A stretch of 63,423 nt of DNA, counting the filler, from Globobulimina sp. (lineage: Eukaryota): assembly GCA_003354225.1 (NCBI GenBank). It is 46 parts of 46 records of this genome, joined end to end, with 100 filler letters (N's around TTAATTAATTAA, not from the genome) between each part and the next. Parts side by side here need not be neighbours in the genome. Positions count along the whole stretch, not along the records: positions 49,724 to 51,003 come from PIVH01019511.1; positions 51,104 to 52,383 come from PIVH01019512.1; positions 52,484 to 53,763 come from PIVH01019513.1; positions 53,864 to 55,143 come from PIVH01019514.1; positions 55,244 to 56,523 come from PIVH01019515.1; positions 56,624 to 57,903 come from PIVH01019516.1; positions 58,004 to 59,283 come from PIVH01019517.1; positions 59,384 to 60,663 come from PIVH01019518.1; 38 more parts are not named here. One strand, given 5' to 3'. Positions 49,724 to 63,074 of the stretch are shown piece after piece. Numbering within the stretch: the first letter of the stretch is position 1; each line of letters opens with the position of its first letter. Under the pieces are notes generated by a model. That model was not told the origin of the DNA. It saw nothing but the letters and a program-made list of their open reading frames with translations, and did not search any database. A program made the position numbers and the translations under genes.

Positions 49724-50400
49724 TGGGTGAATTTGTGAGGTTTAATGTTGCAAACAATTATAAATATAAATCAATGAATGATATGTTGTCTTGTTTTAAT
49801 ATGATTTATGTCATAAATGAGAAACGAATTTATTTATTTGGTGGGTATTCAAATGTGTCATTAGTTACAGATATTTGGTACATTGATATGGAAGCATATG
49901 ATGGTTATGAATGGAAGAAATATGTGTTACTAAATAAGGTGGACACATTTAATTTTATTAAATATAAATCAATGCAATGTTTGTTATGTTTTGAATCTAT
50001 GATTTTAATATTTATACAATCGGAGAAACGCACAATGAACGGAATAAATGATAATGTTGACATTGGCAGTAATGGGAAGGTTGATGATGGCGAGTTACAT
50101 TATGATGTGGTGTATTGTTTGGATTTGAAACAAAAGAAAATGAGCAAAGCAAGTTATAATTTAGTAGGTGTTGGTGGGGATATTATTATGACACAGGACA
50201 ATGTTGTTCATTGTATAACAAATAAATGCCATTTCAAGGTAAATGCATTTGAATTAATACCTGAACATATATGTGATTTTTATAAAAAACAGAATACTGA
50301 TTTAGTTATTGGCTATTTGAGAATGTATTGTAATGAATTGAAAGAACCGTTGTCTGTTGACACAAAAAAGATAATTTATAATTATCTTCCTATTTTGTAG
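49724..50400 (+). CDS. Kelch-like repeat protein, C-terminal part
   Basis: IYLFGGY....DIW.ID.....W. Confidence 0.6.
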
Positions 50401-50481
50401 ATATTTCTGATTTGCTTTAATTTTTTGGTTGCTTCAATTTTCAGACTCAAAGAGTTTTTCGCATTTTTAAGCCTCAGTGTC

Positions 50482-51003
50482 ATGTCCTCCAAAACAGAAA
50501 TGTATGAGGAATTGGTGAAAGATTACGAGGAAGCATTTGTATTGAAACAGAAAGGGAATGAATACTTTAAACAAAGCAATTTTGAATCGGCGTTAAAATC
50601 CTATTCGCAAATACTATTACATATTGGGATGAATGCAGCATCCGATGTAAAAACAATATTTGCTCATTTATCAAATGAAAATAAGAATAATAATGGCGAG
50701 AATAAGGAGAATAGACAAGAAATGAATGCAATATGTGGTAAAATAAATGAATTGCGTTTGACTGCATTTAATAACATTGCAATGGTACATTTAAAGCAAA
50801 ATAATTACATAAAAGTAATTGAAAATTGTAACAAAACAATAAAATGTGATAAATATAATTATAAAGCATTGTTACGGAGAGGCAGAGCGTCTCGGCATTT
50901 AAAACAAATTAAAAATGCAAAAAATGACTTGATATTTTTACAAAATAATGGATACAAATATGATTTGCAAATTAAAAATGAATTAAAATTGTTGGAAATG
51001 AAG
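50482..51003 (+). CDS. TPR-repeat protein (FKBP/TTC9-like TPR), 3' partial
   Basis: KQKGNEYFK, NNIAMVHLKQ and KALLRRGRA. Confidence 0.85.
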
Positions 51004-51370
51004 NNNNNNNNNNNNNNNNNNNNNNNNNNNNNNNNNNNNNNNNNNNNTTAATTAATTAANNNNNNNNNNNNNNNNNNNNNNNNNNNNNNNNNNNNNNNNN
51101 NNNCTCTAAAGTTACAATAGAAACTCTTAAAATGATTACATGTTGAACAAAATTCACAACATGTTCAACATGTTGCTGACCCACAGAATGAAAATCTCTT
51201 AGAAAGTGTCCACACTCTTTGTTTAGAGTTTTCATTTTACTTTTTAAGTCACAGTTTTTGCTCTATTTTCCAGTTATTTTGATTTGTTACTTTAATAGAT
51301 TCCCTGCTCATGAACTGTTTGTTCCACAAGAGTGGACACCGTACATTATCATCACAGTTAGCAGCATTGC

Positions 51371-52383
51371 ATGTTTGTAATTAAAAATACATATACATTA
51401 TTGGAAATATCTGGAAAAATCTAAAACTTTGGATTGTCTGCTATATAGTCAACACATTCTGCAACAAATCTACATCTCCATCAATATGCTTTGTTTTCAA
51501 CCGACTCAAACAAAATGAAAAAGAAAATAACCACTCAACCTAAAATTATGGAAATTTCAGGACTGCACAAAATTGTGGCTAAGGACTCCTCGCGACTCTA
51601 TCTCTTCAAAGACATATCCTTTGACATTCACCTCGGTCAAAAAATCGGTCTGCTCGGAGTCAACGGAGTGGGCAAATCAACTCTGATGCGTGTAATCGCC
51701 GGCAAAGAGCACAATTTTGATGGCAAAATAATGAAACATTATGATCACGTACCATATGGAATATCCACTTCTGACGAAAACCTACGAATTGGATATCTCG
51801 AACAAGAGCCAAACTTCAATGCAAATGATACCATATTCGACGCAGTGATGGAAGGAATGGAATTCATCACTACATTGCAAAAGCGATACTCCTTTGTCAT
51901 TGAAGAAATGTGCGATCCATTATGCGATATAAACACATTGATGCTCGAACAGGATTACATTGAAAATAGATTGGACTTCTTGAATGGATGGAACATCGAC
52001 AACCAAGTCATTGAATCGTGCAAAGCCTTAAAATGCCCCGACGACTTAACTCGAAAATGTGGCACTTTATCAGGCGGTGAATTGCGACGCGTGGCGTTAG
52101 CAAAGTTATTATTGTCCCGACCCGACATATTGCTGTTGGACGAACCAACCAATCATTTGGACATAACCTCTGTGGAATGGCTAGAAACATTTGTTCAGAA
52201 TTTTGGCGGCGTGGTCATGACGGTGACGCACGATCGCATTTTCTTGGAATCCACGTCGAACACAGTCATGGAACTGGACAAAAGTAAGTTATTTACGCAT
52301 TATGGTTTGTACACGGAATGGCTACGCAAGCGGTCCACCATATCCTTTGAGGAGGACAAAATCCAAGAAAAGCTCAAGAAAAC
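51371..52383 (+). CDS. ABC-F ATPase, EttA/ChvD-like; candidate intron 51377-51448; 3' partial
   Basis: KIGLLGVNGVGKSTLMR, IGYLEQEP, LSGGELRRVAL, LLLDEPTNHLD and VTHDR. Confidence 0.85.
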
Positions 52384-52483
52384 NNNNNNNNNNNNNNNNN
52401 NNNNNNNNNNNNNNNNNNNNNNNNNNNTTAATTAATTAANNNNNNNNNNNNNNNNNNNNNNNNNNNNNNNNNNNNNNNNNNNN

Positions 52484-52988
52484 CAAACGACGGCTCGTAT
52501 CCATCCAACGCAATGTCGTCCATTTTATCAAAGAAATAATCAATATTCTCACACACAGAAAGTCCAAAATCATCCCGTTTCTGCAATGTCTGCCGAATAG
52601 CATTGTCTTTGTACAATTCTTTGATTTTAAACGCAATGTTGTGGCTCAATTTAAATGGACTCTGCAATGCCACCATCTCATCACGAAGATATTCATGACT
52701 TTGATGCACACATAACTGAGGATATTCGCATAATGTTTTCATGTCCGCAACAACTGTCTCTTTGATGTATGACGACATGTGTGGCTCTGCTATATTTCGC
52801 GGCTCATCGCTCAGTTTCTGTAATTGTCTGAGTATGCTCGACTTACCGCATCCCAATGTGCCTAATAACAAGATTTTTACTGAATTTTCTTCTTCGAAAT
52901 GCGCCACAGACTGAGACTGTGCAGCTGCAGCTGCTGCTAAATGGCGGGTGGTGCATATACATGTTTGTGTGCTGAAACAAGAACCCAT
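52484..52988 (-). CDS. Divergent G-protein alpha subunit (3' partial)
   Basis: MGSCFS; KILLLGTLGCGKSSILRQL; LYKDNAI; YFFD.......YEPS. Confidence 0.85.
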
Positions 52989-53981
52989 ATTTGTCAGAAC
53001 TCAGCAAGTGGATTATTGTGAACAGATGAGCTTGTTGGACAATGATATTCGTTTCCGTAAAATTATAAAATCACATTTTTTGAATGGCACACACTTGTGA
53101 AAAACTGCATATTTTGGGATTCATATTTGAACATAGTAACAAGGCGTTCATATGATAAAAAAAATCCAGAAATCCAATATTATATTATGTATTTGTTGAA
53201 TATAAAAATTAAAACAATTCTGTCATATTTTCGCGGCAGTTGAGAAGGCAGATCAATACTTTCCATTTGTATACGTCTGACTATATTTTGCAAACGTACA
53301 AATGGAAAATAATAACATAAACACACACAAACATTAAAATAACGTACACACAAACTTAGAACAATTGTTTGCAGGTATGTTCACTATGTTGTTTACGTTA
53401 CCGAATTTTTGTGTGAAACTCATAAAGATGCATATACTTTTTATACAGAATTATACATTTTACTGAATTATTGTATTGTTATGTTCACCTCACTGTATTG
53501 ACTGCAACTTTTATATTTATGAGTATGGCAATTAACTACAACAAATATATAACAAATTTATTACAATAATGTCTCAATTCAATATGATATTTATAATTAT
53601 TTTGATATCAAAGAGCCTTTATCTGCTAATTCAACATCATAACTCTCATTTTTTTTATTAAATTTAGCTTCCCTTTTATTCAAGACATTATTGAATCTTT
53701 TTTTATCAAAATACCACAATAATAATACACATAGCAACATTAAAACAGCTAAGAATGTGCTCCNNNNNNNNNNNNNNNNNNNNNNNNNNNNNNNNNNNNN
53801 NNNNNNNTTAATTAATTAANNNNNNNNNNNNNNNNNNNNNNNNNNNNNNNNNNNNNNNNNNNNGATCACACGTGCCGGAGACGAACATGTCTTTAGTTCA
53901 GAATTTTTTACTTTGCAAGATTAAAAAGATGTTTTTTTAAAGAAAGTTAATAATTCAAGAAAATCTCTTTTTGTTAACAAC

Positions 53982-54960
53982 ATGTCAACCATCATATTTC
54001 ATTTTTATTTGTTATCATTTGTTTCATATTGCAATCACGCACAATACCAACCACTGCCTATCCGTACCGCAACCTTAACCACTTCTAAAACATCAGAAAA
54101 TGGCGCCAACGCTACCATATTAGACGCCGATGTGGTGACAGTCTCCAATAACATGTGGCACATCGATATACCATATTCAATGTACCTTAGTCACACGGAC
54201 CAAATTGGATTCGATATGTTCATCAATTTAAACGAATTATGGGGCTTTCACCCATCCAAAGAATCCCGTATAGACTTCACAATGTACAGCGACACATCCA
54301 CGGGAAGAGCCGACGAAGATCTTATAATCTCATTCAGTGTCGGCAACGCCAGATATTTCTCCATATTTTTCACGCTGGATAACAATTACGGCAATGCCAT
54401 ATATCCCACTTGCGGCGGGCCATTGGCATCGGGCGATATTAATAGAATCGTCAGTATGAATGGTAACACAGCTCGCGAACTCAAAGCATTTGCCAATTCG
54501 TGTTGCAATTACAGGTTACAACCAAACTCAAATACGTGTAATAATTATTGGCCAATCACCATTTCATTGAAAAACAATCCCAGTTCAAATAGATTGTATC
54601 TGTACGTCACTAATGCTGTGATCAAACCGTATGTACAAACTTGTGAATTTGCGAGCTCGTTCCCGCCAAATAAAGGCTTGCAAATTTATATTGGTTCTGA
54701 TGAATATAACGATGAAAGTATAAATTTGAAGCAATTTAAAATTGATTATTCGTTTCAATTAACATATCCGCCCACAAATAATCCAAGCTCGCCACCAACA
54801 CTTCAGCCAACATGTTATGTTTATCTTTTTTTGTTAACAATTTAAGTGCAATGTTACTTTTTCAACATTCAGATGTAACACCAACAATGAATCCAACTCG
54901 TATTCCAACAGAAAATCCGACAAAGATTCCAACACCTTTTCCCACAAACAGTCCAACAGG
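53982..54960 (+). CDS. Secreted protein with Pro/Thr (PT) repeats, spliced, partial
   Basis: Signal peptide; beta-rich domain; PT/PS tetrapeptide repeats that continue in a second frame after a probable intron. Confidence 0.6.
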
Positions 54961-55411
54961 TTTTTACTGCAAAATGTCTGTGTTTCGAACATCAAAATTT
55001 TGAAATGCAAATTCCGTGAAATGCAAAATTTTGAAATATCTGTATAAAAAACACGTGAACTGCAAATTCCGTTCTCAAAGACATCAACAGTATGTATTTT
55101 TACATCTCACAGAAGATTCTATATGTCACACGAAATATCTTTANNNNNNNNNNNNNNNNNNNNNNNNNNNNNNNNNNNNNNNNNNNNTTAATTAATTAAN
55201 NNNNNNNNNNNNNNNNNNNNNNNNNNNNNNNNNNNNNNNNNNNCTTTCTTCAGTTGTAGCATTTGTACTTTTAATTTAGGTTTTCCATAAAACTTTCGAC
55301 ATCTCGAGTGACAAAAAACTTTCCTCATTTCTAGCCATCACTTTTTTTGCAAACGGTTGCCATCCATCCATCAATCACTTACATATTTAGTTGATTTAAA
55401 ACAATTAAAGG

Positions 55412-56430
55412 ATGGCGAGTTTCGGAATGATGAATCAAGCATATTTTGTGGGTAAAAATATATTAATCGATTGGATTAATAATTTCTTAGAGATTAACAT
55501 TGATAAAGTGGAACAATGTGCGAATGGTGCAATTTATTGCAATCTTTGGGATGCTTTACATCCGGGCACTATTCCAATGTCGAGAGTCGATTTTACTGTC
55601 AAACATGAATATGACTTTCAGAAAAATTGGAAATTGTTACAAAATGGATTTCAAAAAGCCCGTTAAGATACAAATTTCATTCATTTTTCCTACATTGACA
55701 CATCACATATTTCAAACAAAAAACAGAAATACAAAAATTAATTCCGGTACAAAGATTAGTTAAAGGTCGATACCAGGACAATTTGGAATTTTTGCAGTGG
55801 ATGTACAAATATGCGAGGGATACTTATAACGGCGACCCCGATGAGCCCACCTACGACGCAGTGGGTCGCAGACAGAAATCCAAAGGCGGCAAAGATTACA
55901 ATGGCTCGTCAAATTCAAATAGTCGACGGAGGGCTGGCAGCGGCAAAGAAAATTCGCGTTCACATAATAGACCCATCTCTGCATCGAATAATGCGCGCTC
56001 TTATAAATCACAGCGAACTCAGTCCCAATCGCAGCGAGGATCGGTGGTGAATCACAACAGAAATCAAGGCTGTAACAGCAATAGCAGACAATTGGAGGAA
56101 TTGCGAAATGAAAACAAAAGATTAACTGCAGCGGGCAAGGAGTTGCAAGTGAAATTTGATGGTTTGCAGTCTGAACATGACGAATTAAGCAATATTGCCA
56201 AGGATATTGAGAAAGAGCGTGATTTTTATTTTAATAAAGTAGTGGCCATTGAAACGATATTAAAACAAGAAGAAAATCAAGAAACGCCAATACTTAAATC
56301 GATTTATGAATTGTTATATCAAACGGATGAAAATAACGAACAGGGAAATAATAACAATAATAATGAGCCACAAATGAATAATAATAATAATAATAATAAT
56401 AATGATGTTAATGGTATGCCAACATATTGA
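55412..56430 (+). CDS. EB1: Microtubule end-binding protein EB1 (MAPRE/Bim1), complete; intron 55662-55726
   Basis: CH domain; splicing restores KAQIQKLIPVQRLVKGRYQDNLEFLQW; EKERDFYFNK; C-terminal Tyr. Confidence 0.96.
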
Positions 56431-56623
56431 TTCAGATTTTGACTTGTTTTGTATTTCCGAAATATTGATTGTTTTTGCGCCTTTTGTTCATCTTGAATCT
56501 TGATATTGGTTTAGGATTTTTTTNNNNNNNNNNNNNNNNNNNNNNNNNNNNNNNNNNNNNNNNNNNNTTAATTAATTAANNNNNNNNNNNNNNNNNNNNN
56601 NNNNNNNNNNNNNNNNNNNNNNN

Positions 56624-56983
56624 GTAAATAACAATTTATTGAAAGGGACATTGATCGCCGAAGGATATCACAGGACAAAAAACAAAGAAAAACATTTTAT
56701 GAAGGCAGTTGATGGAAATCGTTATACGTCTTGGAGGCCAAGTATGCCTCATCCAAAAAAAGGACAAGTATGGATAGGATATAAATTTGATGCTCCAGTG
56801 GTTGTTGCTTATGCTATGGCCATTGGTTTAGGAATTGGATCAGGTGGAGGACAGTCATGGAGCGGAGGTATTCAATTAGAAAGTAGTATGGACGGAGTTA
56901 ATTGGATCGTTATGGCATTGCCTGTAGAAAATAAAAACGATGTTTCATTCAAGGAAATTAACGTTTTCAAAAAGAGATTCTAG
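56624..56983 (+). CDS. F5/8 type C (discoidin)-like domain, C-terminal part
   Basis: KAVDGNRYTSW...WIGYKF...LESSMDGVNW. Confidence 0.65.
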   Translation, partial: VNNNLLKGTLIAEGYHRTKNKEKHFMKAVDGNRYTSWRPSMPHPKKGQVWIGYKFDAPVVVAYAMAIGLGIGSGGGQSWSGGIQLESSMDGVNWIVMALPVENKNDVSFKEINVFKKRF

Positions 56984-57116
56984 AAACTTTGCTTTAGAAT
57001 TACGAATTTCCCCACAACTTTTGGGATCATTTTTAAACTACAAACATGTACAAAGTTATCATTGTGTACAGGAAAAAACATATGTATTACAATATTGTGT
57101 TTTTGCTGTTGTTTTT

Positions 57117-57903
57117 CTAATTTACTAAATCATAAACAATGAATCCACCAAATGCTACATAAATAACATGATCATTATCATATCGATCAACAGAATGAGA
57201 ATAAAGCGTTAATAATATGGAACACCCAAATAAAATGCCAACATATTTGCCCATAGGACCATTTCCAATAAATACAGCAATTATAGCTAAGACACTAAAT
57301 ATAATAATACCAAAATATCCGACAATTACTGCTTCTCCCACAGCTCCATAATTTATATCATTTGCTAACATAGGAATTAATATAAATACAATGCCCAAAA
57401 TAAACACGGCACAAAGAAATCCAATACGTGTTTTTTGTTGATTTAAATAATCAGATACTAAATCCACACCAACTAAAATTATTAATAAACAAGCAAATAC
57501 ACATAAAAGTGATAAAGGAATGCATGTACAGCAAATATAAGTATCATCGTCGCAAATTGGATTTGTTTCACTATTCTCAGTAATTTGTATTATATTTCCT
57601 ATCAATAATAATAAACCACCAATAATTATGACCCCACCACATATTTTATTAACTTAATGTTTCAAAAAAACACAAAACGTTTTTAAACAACACAAAAACA
57701 CAAAACCTACCTAAACGAGAGTGATTATTTGCACATCCATTGACATTAAAATGATACATAAAAAATGGTATAACAGTACCAATAAAAGCTATACAAAAAC
57801 CAGCTAATTTTACTGAAAAATATGCTTCATTGTTTGAACTGTTGTCGTTTGTTATTGCGTATGGTATTAAATTAAATACAATATATACTAATAATATTGT
57901 CAA
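57117..57903 (-). CDS. Multi-pass membrane protein (possibly Bax inhibitor-1-like), spliced, partial
   Basis: Several TM helices in two ORFs separated by an intron-like AT/GT tract; FGGFIVYD. Confidence 0.45.
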
Positions 57904-58003
57904 NNNNNNNNNNNNNNNNNNNNNNNNNNNNNNNNNNNNNNNNNNNNTTAATTAATTAANNNNNNNNNNNNNNNNNNNNNNNNNNNNNNNNNNNNNNNNN
58001 NNN

Positions 58004-59213
58004 AATACAGAGAATGAAGCGAAATGCAAAAAGGAAATGTACAGATTTCCATATTTTCCCCAAATATATTCGAATTAAACATAAATTAAATCAATTACAA
58101 TCCAAAAAATATAAAGCTATAAATAAAGCTAAATCCAATCATAATGACCATATCAATAAATATATACAAACATGCAAAGATTATGGACGTCGTTTCTGGC
58201 GAACAATATCAAATAATAAATCAAATGATATAAACACTAATAATATCCCGCCATTGAACTATAAAAATAATTTAAATATAACCGATCCCTATGAACAAGC
58301 TAAGACACTGCAAGAGGCCATGACGAGGCCTCCCAAACCTAAAACGAGTCAAACGCATAATAATTGGCATAATTATGTTAATAAATTTGTACCAAAATTC
58401 CTTAAACAAAATAGAGAGTCACCATCATTGAATCCTAACGACGCCCATGATATTATAATTAATAAAAATGAACAAAATAATGAATCAGAAATAAAAACTC
58501 CTTCACAAATTAATACAAATGTTCCATTAATAAATAATAAATACCAAATTCTCAACGATCCAATACTAAAATACGAAATTAGATCGGTGATAAAAAATCT
58601 CGACACCCACAAAGCCTATGGACCGGATCGAGTCCATAACCAAATGATTAAGTATGGAGGGGAATCCCTCATCGATTGCCTAATCCCATTGTTTAACAAA
58701 TGTATGATGAAAGGGGTGTTCCCAAGTTATTGGAACTTCTCTCACCTTCTCCCAATCCCAAAACCATATAAAGACCACAGTGACCCAAAAAATTACAGAC
58801 CCATTGCAGTCTCTTCGTGCCTAGGAAGAGTTTTTGAAAAGATACTAGCAAATAGACTTCAACATTTCTGTGTAAACAACAAAATTTTTGATAATTACCA
58901 GTGCGGATTTCAGATAAACCGCTGCTGTGGAGATGTCCTTACAACGTTCATCACCGACATACAAACATCTTTTGATATGGTCAGTGATACGGATGTTGTT
59001 TTTACGGACTTCTCCAAAGCCTATGATAGTGTATGGCATAATGGATTGCTATATAAATTAATTAAAAATAACATAAAAGGAAATATATTGAATGTTTTGG
59101 CCTCTTTCATACAAACAAGATTCACAAAAGTCATTGCAAAACGTGCTGAATCAAACTGGGTAGCACAGCCAATCGGAGTCCCTCAAGGATCGGCTCTATC
59201 TCCTATCCTTTAT
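58004..59213 (+). mobile_element. Non-LTR retrotransposon (LINE) reverse transcriptase, interrupted after domain 4
   Basis: KAYGPD, NYRPIA, QCGF, DFSKAYDSV and GVPQGSALSPILY. Confidence 0.95.
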
Positions 59214-59383
59214 TGGGTCGATAGACCCTCATACCAGTGTTTTGAAAATTTTGAATTTTTTTTTTTGTTTTTACCCCCTTGAANNNNNNNNNNNNNNNNN
59301 NNNNNNNNNNNNNNNNNNNNNNNNNNNTTAATTAATTAANNNNNNNNNNNNNNNNNNNNNNNNNNNNNNNNNNNNNNNNNNNN

Positions 59384-60663
59384 TAATACGGACTCTAATA
59401 TAATAATAGTTTTCTTATCGCATTCTGTGCTAAACATTACATGAAAAATATTGTTGCGATAATCATTTTCCATTAAATACATTGGATGAATGTCGGAATC
59501 ATATTCATAATCATCGAAATCCGGATGTTTTTTTTCTTCCTCATCATGTTCACTCATTTCTTGTTCATCAAAATCTTGTTTTAATTCTTCAACAATAAAT
59601 TGTAGACAATCATCTTTTTTGTGTCGCAACGCATACATTAGCGCAGTATCATTGTTATCGCCGTTAAAATTTAAAATTGAGGATCTGTCTCGAGATTTAT
59701 CCAATAAATATTTGGCAGTTTCAATGTTGGATTGTTTCAAGCAAAAAATAAAGGCATCACCCAATGGGATATTGCTATGGTTGGATAAAATCAATTCCAT
59801 AATTTTGCTTGATTTGATTTTAATAGCTTTTATTAATGCATTTTCGTTTTGTTTATTGGTGGCTGCGATTAATTTATCCTTAATATCTTTATTTTTAATA
59901 AATTTTAATATGATATCGACACATTTATCATTTCCAGCATCAATCGCTAATATCAATGCGTTGGACTCAATTAATGGATTTATAAACTTATCTAAATATT
60001 TTAGTAATTTATGTAATACTCCAATTCTGTTATTAGTGCAACAATATGAGACACACTGCGATTGTTTTATGAATATTGTTTTTGAATATTCGTCAGTGGA
60101 TATTTTCGATAATATCAAGGTAATAACTGATAAATCATTGGATGGCGAATTTCGTAAAATCCACTTAAATAAATTGGTAATATTTTGCACATCGTCCACA
60201 GTTTGTATTTCATTGACTAATATTTGGGTGATCCAACCACGAATATTTTCAGTGAATATCCGCGTCGTCTTCGAATCATTAATGTGTTTATTTAAATATT
60301 TAATTTTTGTTTTGCTGTCTTTTATCATTGAAAATAAAATATATTTTGTAATATCGCTATTGCCAGATTTCAAAGCTAATGATAATACTTTTGAATCGTT
60401 GATTAATTGTTTATGTTTTGCGTATTTTTCATATAAATTAAAAATCAGCTCAACTAATTCCATATTGCCACCATTTATGGCATGATGAAAACAATTATAT
60501 TTTGATGCATCCTTTCGATCAATTAATGTTTTTTTTTGTGTTTTATTAATTTTGCTTAATATAAATGTCACAGTTTGAATATTTGCATTCAAACAAGCGT
60601 ACATTAAAACATCTTTCCCTGTTTTATCCGCTTCAAACACCAAAGTTTTTTTATTTTTTACTT
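59384..60663 (-). CDS. Ankyrin-repeat protein (partial)
   Basis: G.DVLMYAC, NCFHHAINGGN, NALILAI and DTALMYA. Confidence 0.88.
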
Positions 60664-60848
60664 NNNNNNNNNNNNNNNNNNNNNNNNNNNNNNNNNNNNN
60701 NNNNNNNTTAATTAATTAANNNNNNNNNNNNNNNNNNNNNNNNNNNNNNNNNNNNNNNNNNNNCACAAATGATTAAAAAAAGTTGATCATGCAAAATCAA
60801 GCTCAAATAGGAAAACTCTATTGTTCAAGAATAGTAGTAGTACAAAAT

Positions 60849-62043
60849 TCAATCAGGACGTAAGTCCGATTCCAGGCTCACGGATTGCTGGAACATCCCC
60901 GTGAGGTTGTAAAGGGATTCATGATTGGTACCGATTGGCAAATGGAAGCTTTTATATTTCGCAAATTGAACAGAGTTAATGCTGAGTATGATTAGGTTGC
61001 TATTTTTGGGATGGATTCTGCCAATATAAGCTAGTCTGTCTGCTATTAAATTATATATTTGTTGTTTTGGTTTAGTGTGTGATTTGATCTTCCAAAGGAT
61101 CGTTTTTGTGTTGATGAGATGTTTCTGCGTTTCTTTGAATAAAGCCGAATAAGTTAGTTTCTTCACATTTGGAGGGGTGACTATTAAGGAGACAAAGTTG
61201 GTCATAGAATCAGTGAATAAGATAATGCGTCTGTTGTCACAGTCAATTTTGCAGTGGTTCAGTAAAAATCTTGATTTGCCAATCGCTAACAGTTCTCCAT
61301 GGTGGTTAGTCTGAGAACCGATAGGTTGAGCGTAACAGTGCATAATGTTGCGATCTTTAATCATGATTCCGATTCCAGTGCGGTTATCTTCGCTTGATGA
61401 ATCAGTGGCGATTAGAATATCAGAATGGCGGATCCTATGTTGGTAGTTATACCAATCTTGTATTGAATCGCAGCGTGTGTGATGTATGATATTTTCATCA
61501 TAGACAGGGCTGTATTTATTGACGCAATGTTTTATTGACGCAATGTATTCGATAAACATAGTCAATGTAGCGATGTGTCAGAGAGATAATGCATTTATAG
61601 AAAGTGTTTCTGGCGTGGGAAATGTCAATGGAATGGTGCGTATAAGCAAAATGCAGCTCTTTTTCATCGAATGAGTTCGCACCGCAGATCAGCTTCCAAT
61701 GCTCATCATCGTTTATGCGAACATCTAAGCAGAACTCAATCATTCTCTGCATAAAAATTTGATTATGGCATCTATTTATTTTGGACCCTATTTTGGAGAG
61801 ATCATATCTTGCATTGTTCCAATACGAATATCGGAAAGGCTGTAGTATGGGACATTTGATGCATAGGTGATATTCAATTGGAAATGGGGTATGTTGTTGG
61901 CAGAGGTTGCAATGATTTGGTTTTTGATTGAAGAAATAAAATAACTCACGATATTGGGTCACCATTTGTTTATTGACATAATTGGCTAAATCTTGGGGTT
62001 CAAAGGTATTCATCGCCTTATAATCGGAGAGATGATGTTTAAG
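60849..62043 (-). mobile_element. Non-LTR retrotransposon 3' region: CCHC zinc motif then RNase H, frameshifted near 61540
   Basis: CNLC...HLCIKCP; IATDSS, GELLAI, LFTDS, WKIKSH and NLIADRLA. Confidence 0.8.
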
Positions 62044-62228
62044 NNNNNNNNNNNNNNNNNNNNNNNNNNNNNNNNNNNNNNNNNNNNTTAATTAATTAAN
62101 NNNNNNNNNNNNNNNNNNNNNNNNNNNNNNNNNNNNNNNNNNNTGATATGACTTTAATATATATATAAATGAAATTAAAGCAATGTCAGTACAGTATTCA
62201 GCGCATGCACAGGTTATGAATTTCTACA

Positions 62229-63074
62229 ATGAAACCTCTTAAATTCAGTGAAAGTATACGCGCGAATATGGCTAATTTGGTGAAGGGAAATATTGAGAAG
62301 AATGGATTTAAAAAAGATTCTTTTTATGCAAAAATGATAAATGAAAACAACACAAATAATATTTCAAGTGATGAAATCATTGCAGATATTTCGTCATTGT
62401 TGCTTCCATCAATTGATACTACCTCAAATACTGTGGCTTTTGCAGTTTTATTGTTATGTAAATATCCACGCATTCAAACGAAATTATTTGATGAAATATG
62501 TAAAACATTTAAAACCATCTCAGATATTAATTTGTCACAAATATATCTGTCAAAATTAGTGTATTTGAGAGCATTTATTCATGAAGTTTTGAGATTGTAT
62601 CCCGCTGCGCCCGCCACGGCGTTACATTTCTTTAAAGATTGGCGAAATGGCAATATTAATCATATTAAATTAGAGGAAATTGATGGAAACAGTTATTATA
62701 TCCGAAAAGGTTATATTTTTTATATTAATTCAATGGCAATATCACGAAATAAAAAGTATTGGATTCATGAGTATAATAAAAAATATTTTGTAAATAATAA
62801 GTATGTTGATATGGATAAAATAAATTTTTATTTTTGGATCGACGATGAAGGTAAATTTAGATATAATAAATCTTTGGCAACATTTTCATTTGGAATGAGG
62901 GAATGTGTTGGAAAACAAGTTGCAATCAAAAATTTATATGTTGTGATAACATCATTGTTGCTGAATTATCAATGGAGTGTAAAAAATACGGAGTTTAAAA
63001 TAAAACTTATTCAAAAACCATTGTTAATGCCAAGTGTCGTTCCCGTTATCATTAAAAAACGACTGTCTCAGTAA
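62229..63074 (+). CDS. Cytochrome P450, C-terminal exon
   Basis: I-helix PSIDTTS, EVLR (ExxR) and heme motif FSFGMRECVG. Confidence 0.93.
   Translation: MKPLKFSESIRANMANLVKGNIEKNGFKKDSFYAKMINENNTNNISSDEIIADISSLLLPSIDTTSNTVAFAVLLLCKYPRIQTKLFDEICKTFKTISDINLSQIYLSKLVYLRAFIHEVLRLYPAAPATALHFFKDWRNGNINHIKLEEIDGNSYYIRKGYIFYINSMAISRNKKYWIHEYNKKYFVNNKYVDMDKINFYFWIDDEGKFRYNKSLATFSFGMRECVGKQVAIKNLYVVITSLLLNYQWSVKNTEFKIKLIQKPLLMPSVVPVIIKKRLSQ

Noticed and set aside
59619..60485. 288-aa plus-strand ORF
   Set aside because: Antisense shadow of the ankyrin gene with no recognisable motifs.
58004..62043. RT, ankyrin protein and RNase H as one retron-like or defence system
   Set aside because: They are three separate contigs placed together by length sorting, and the RT is of LINE type.
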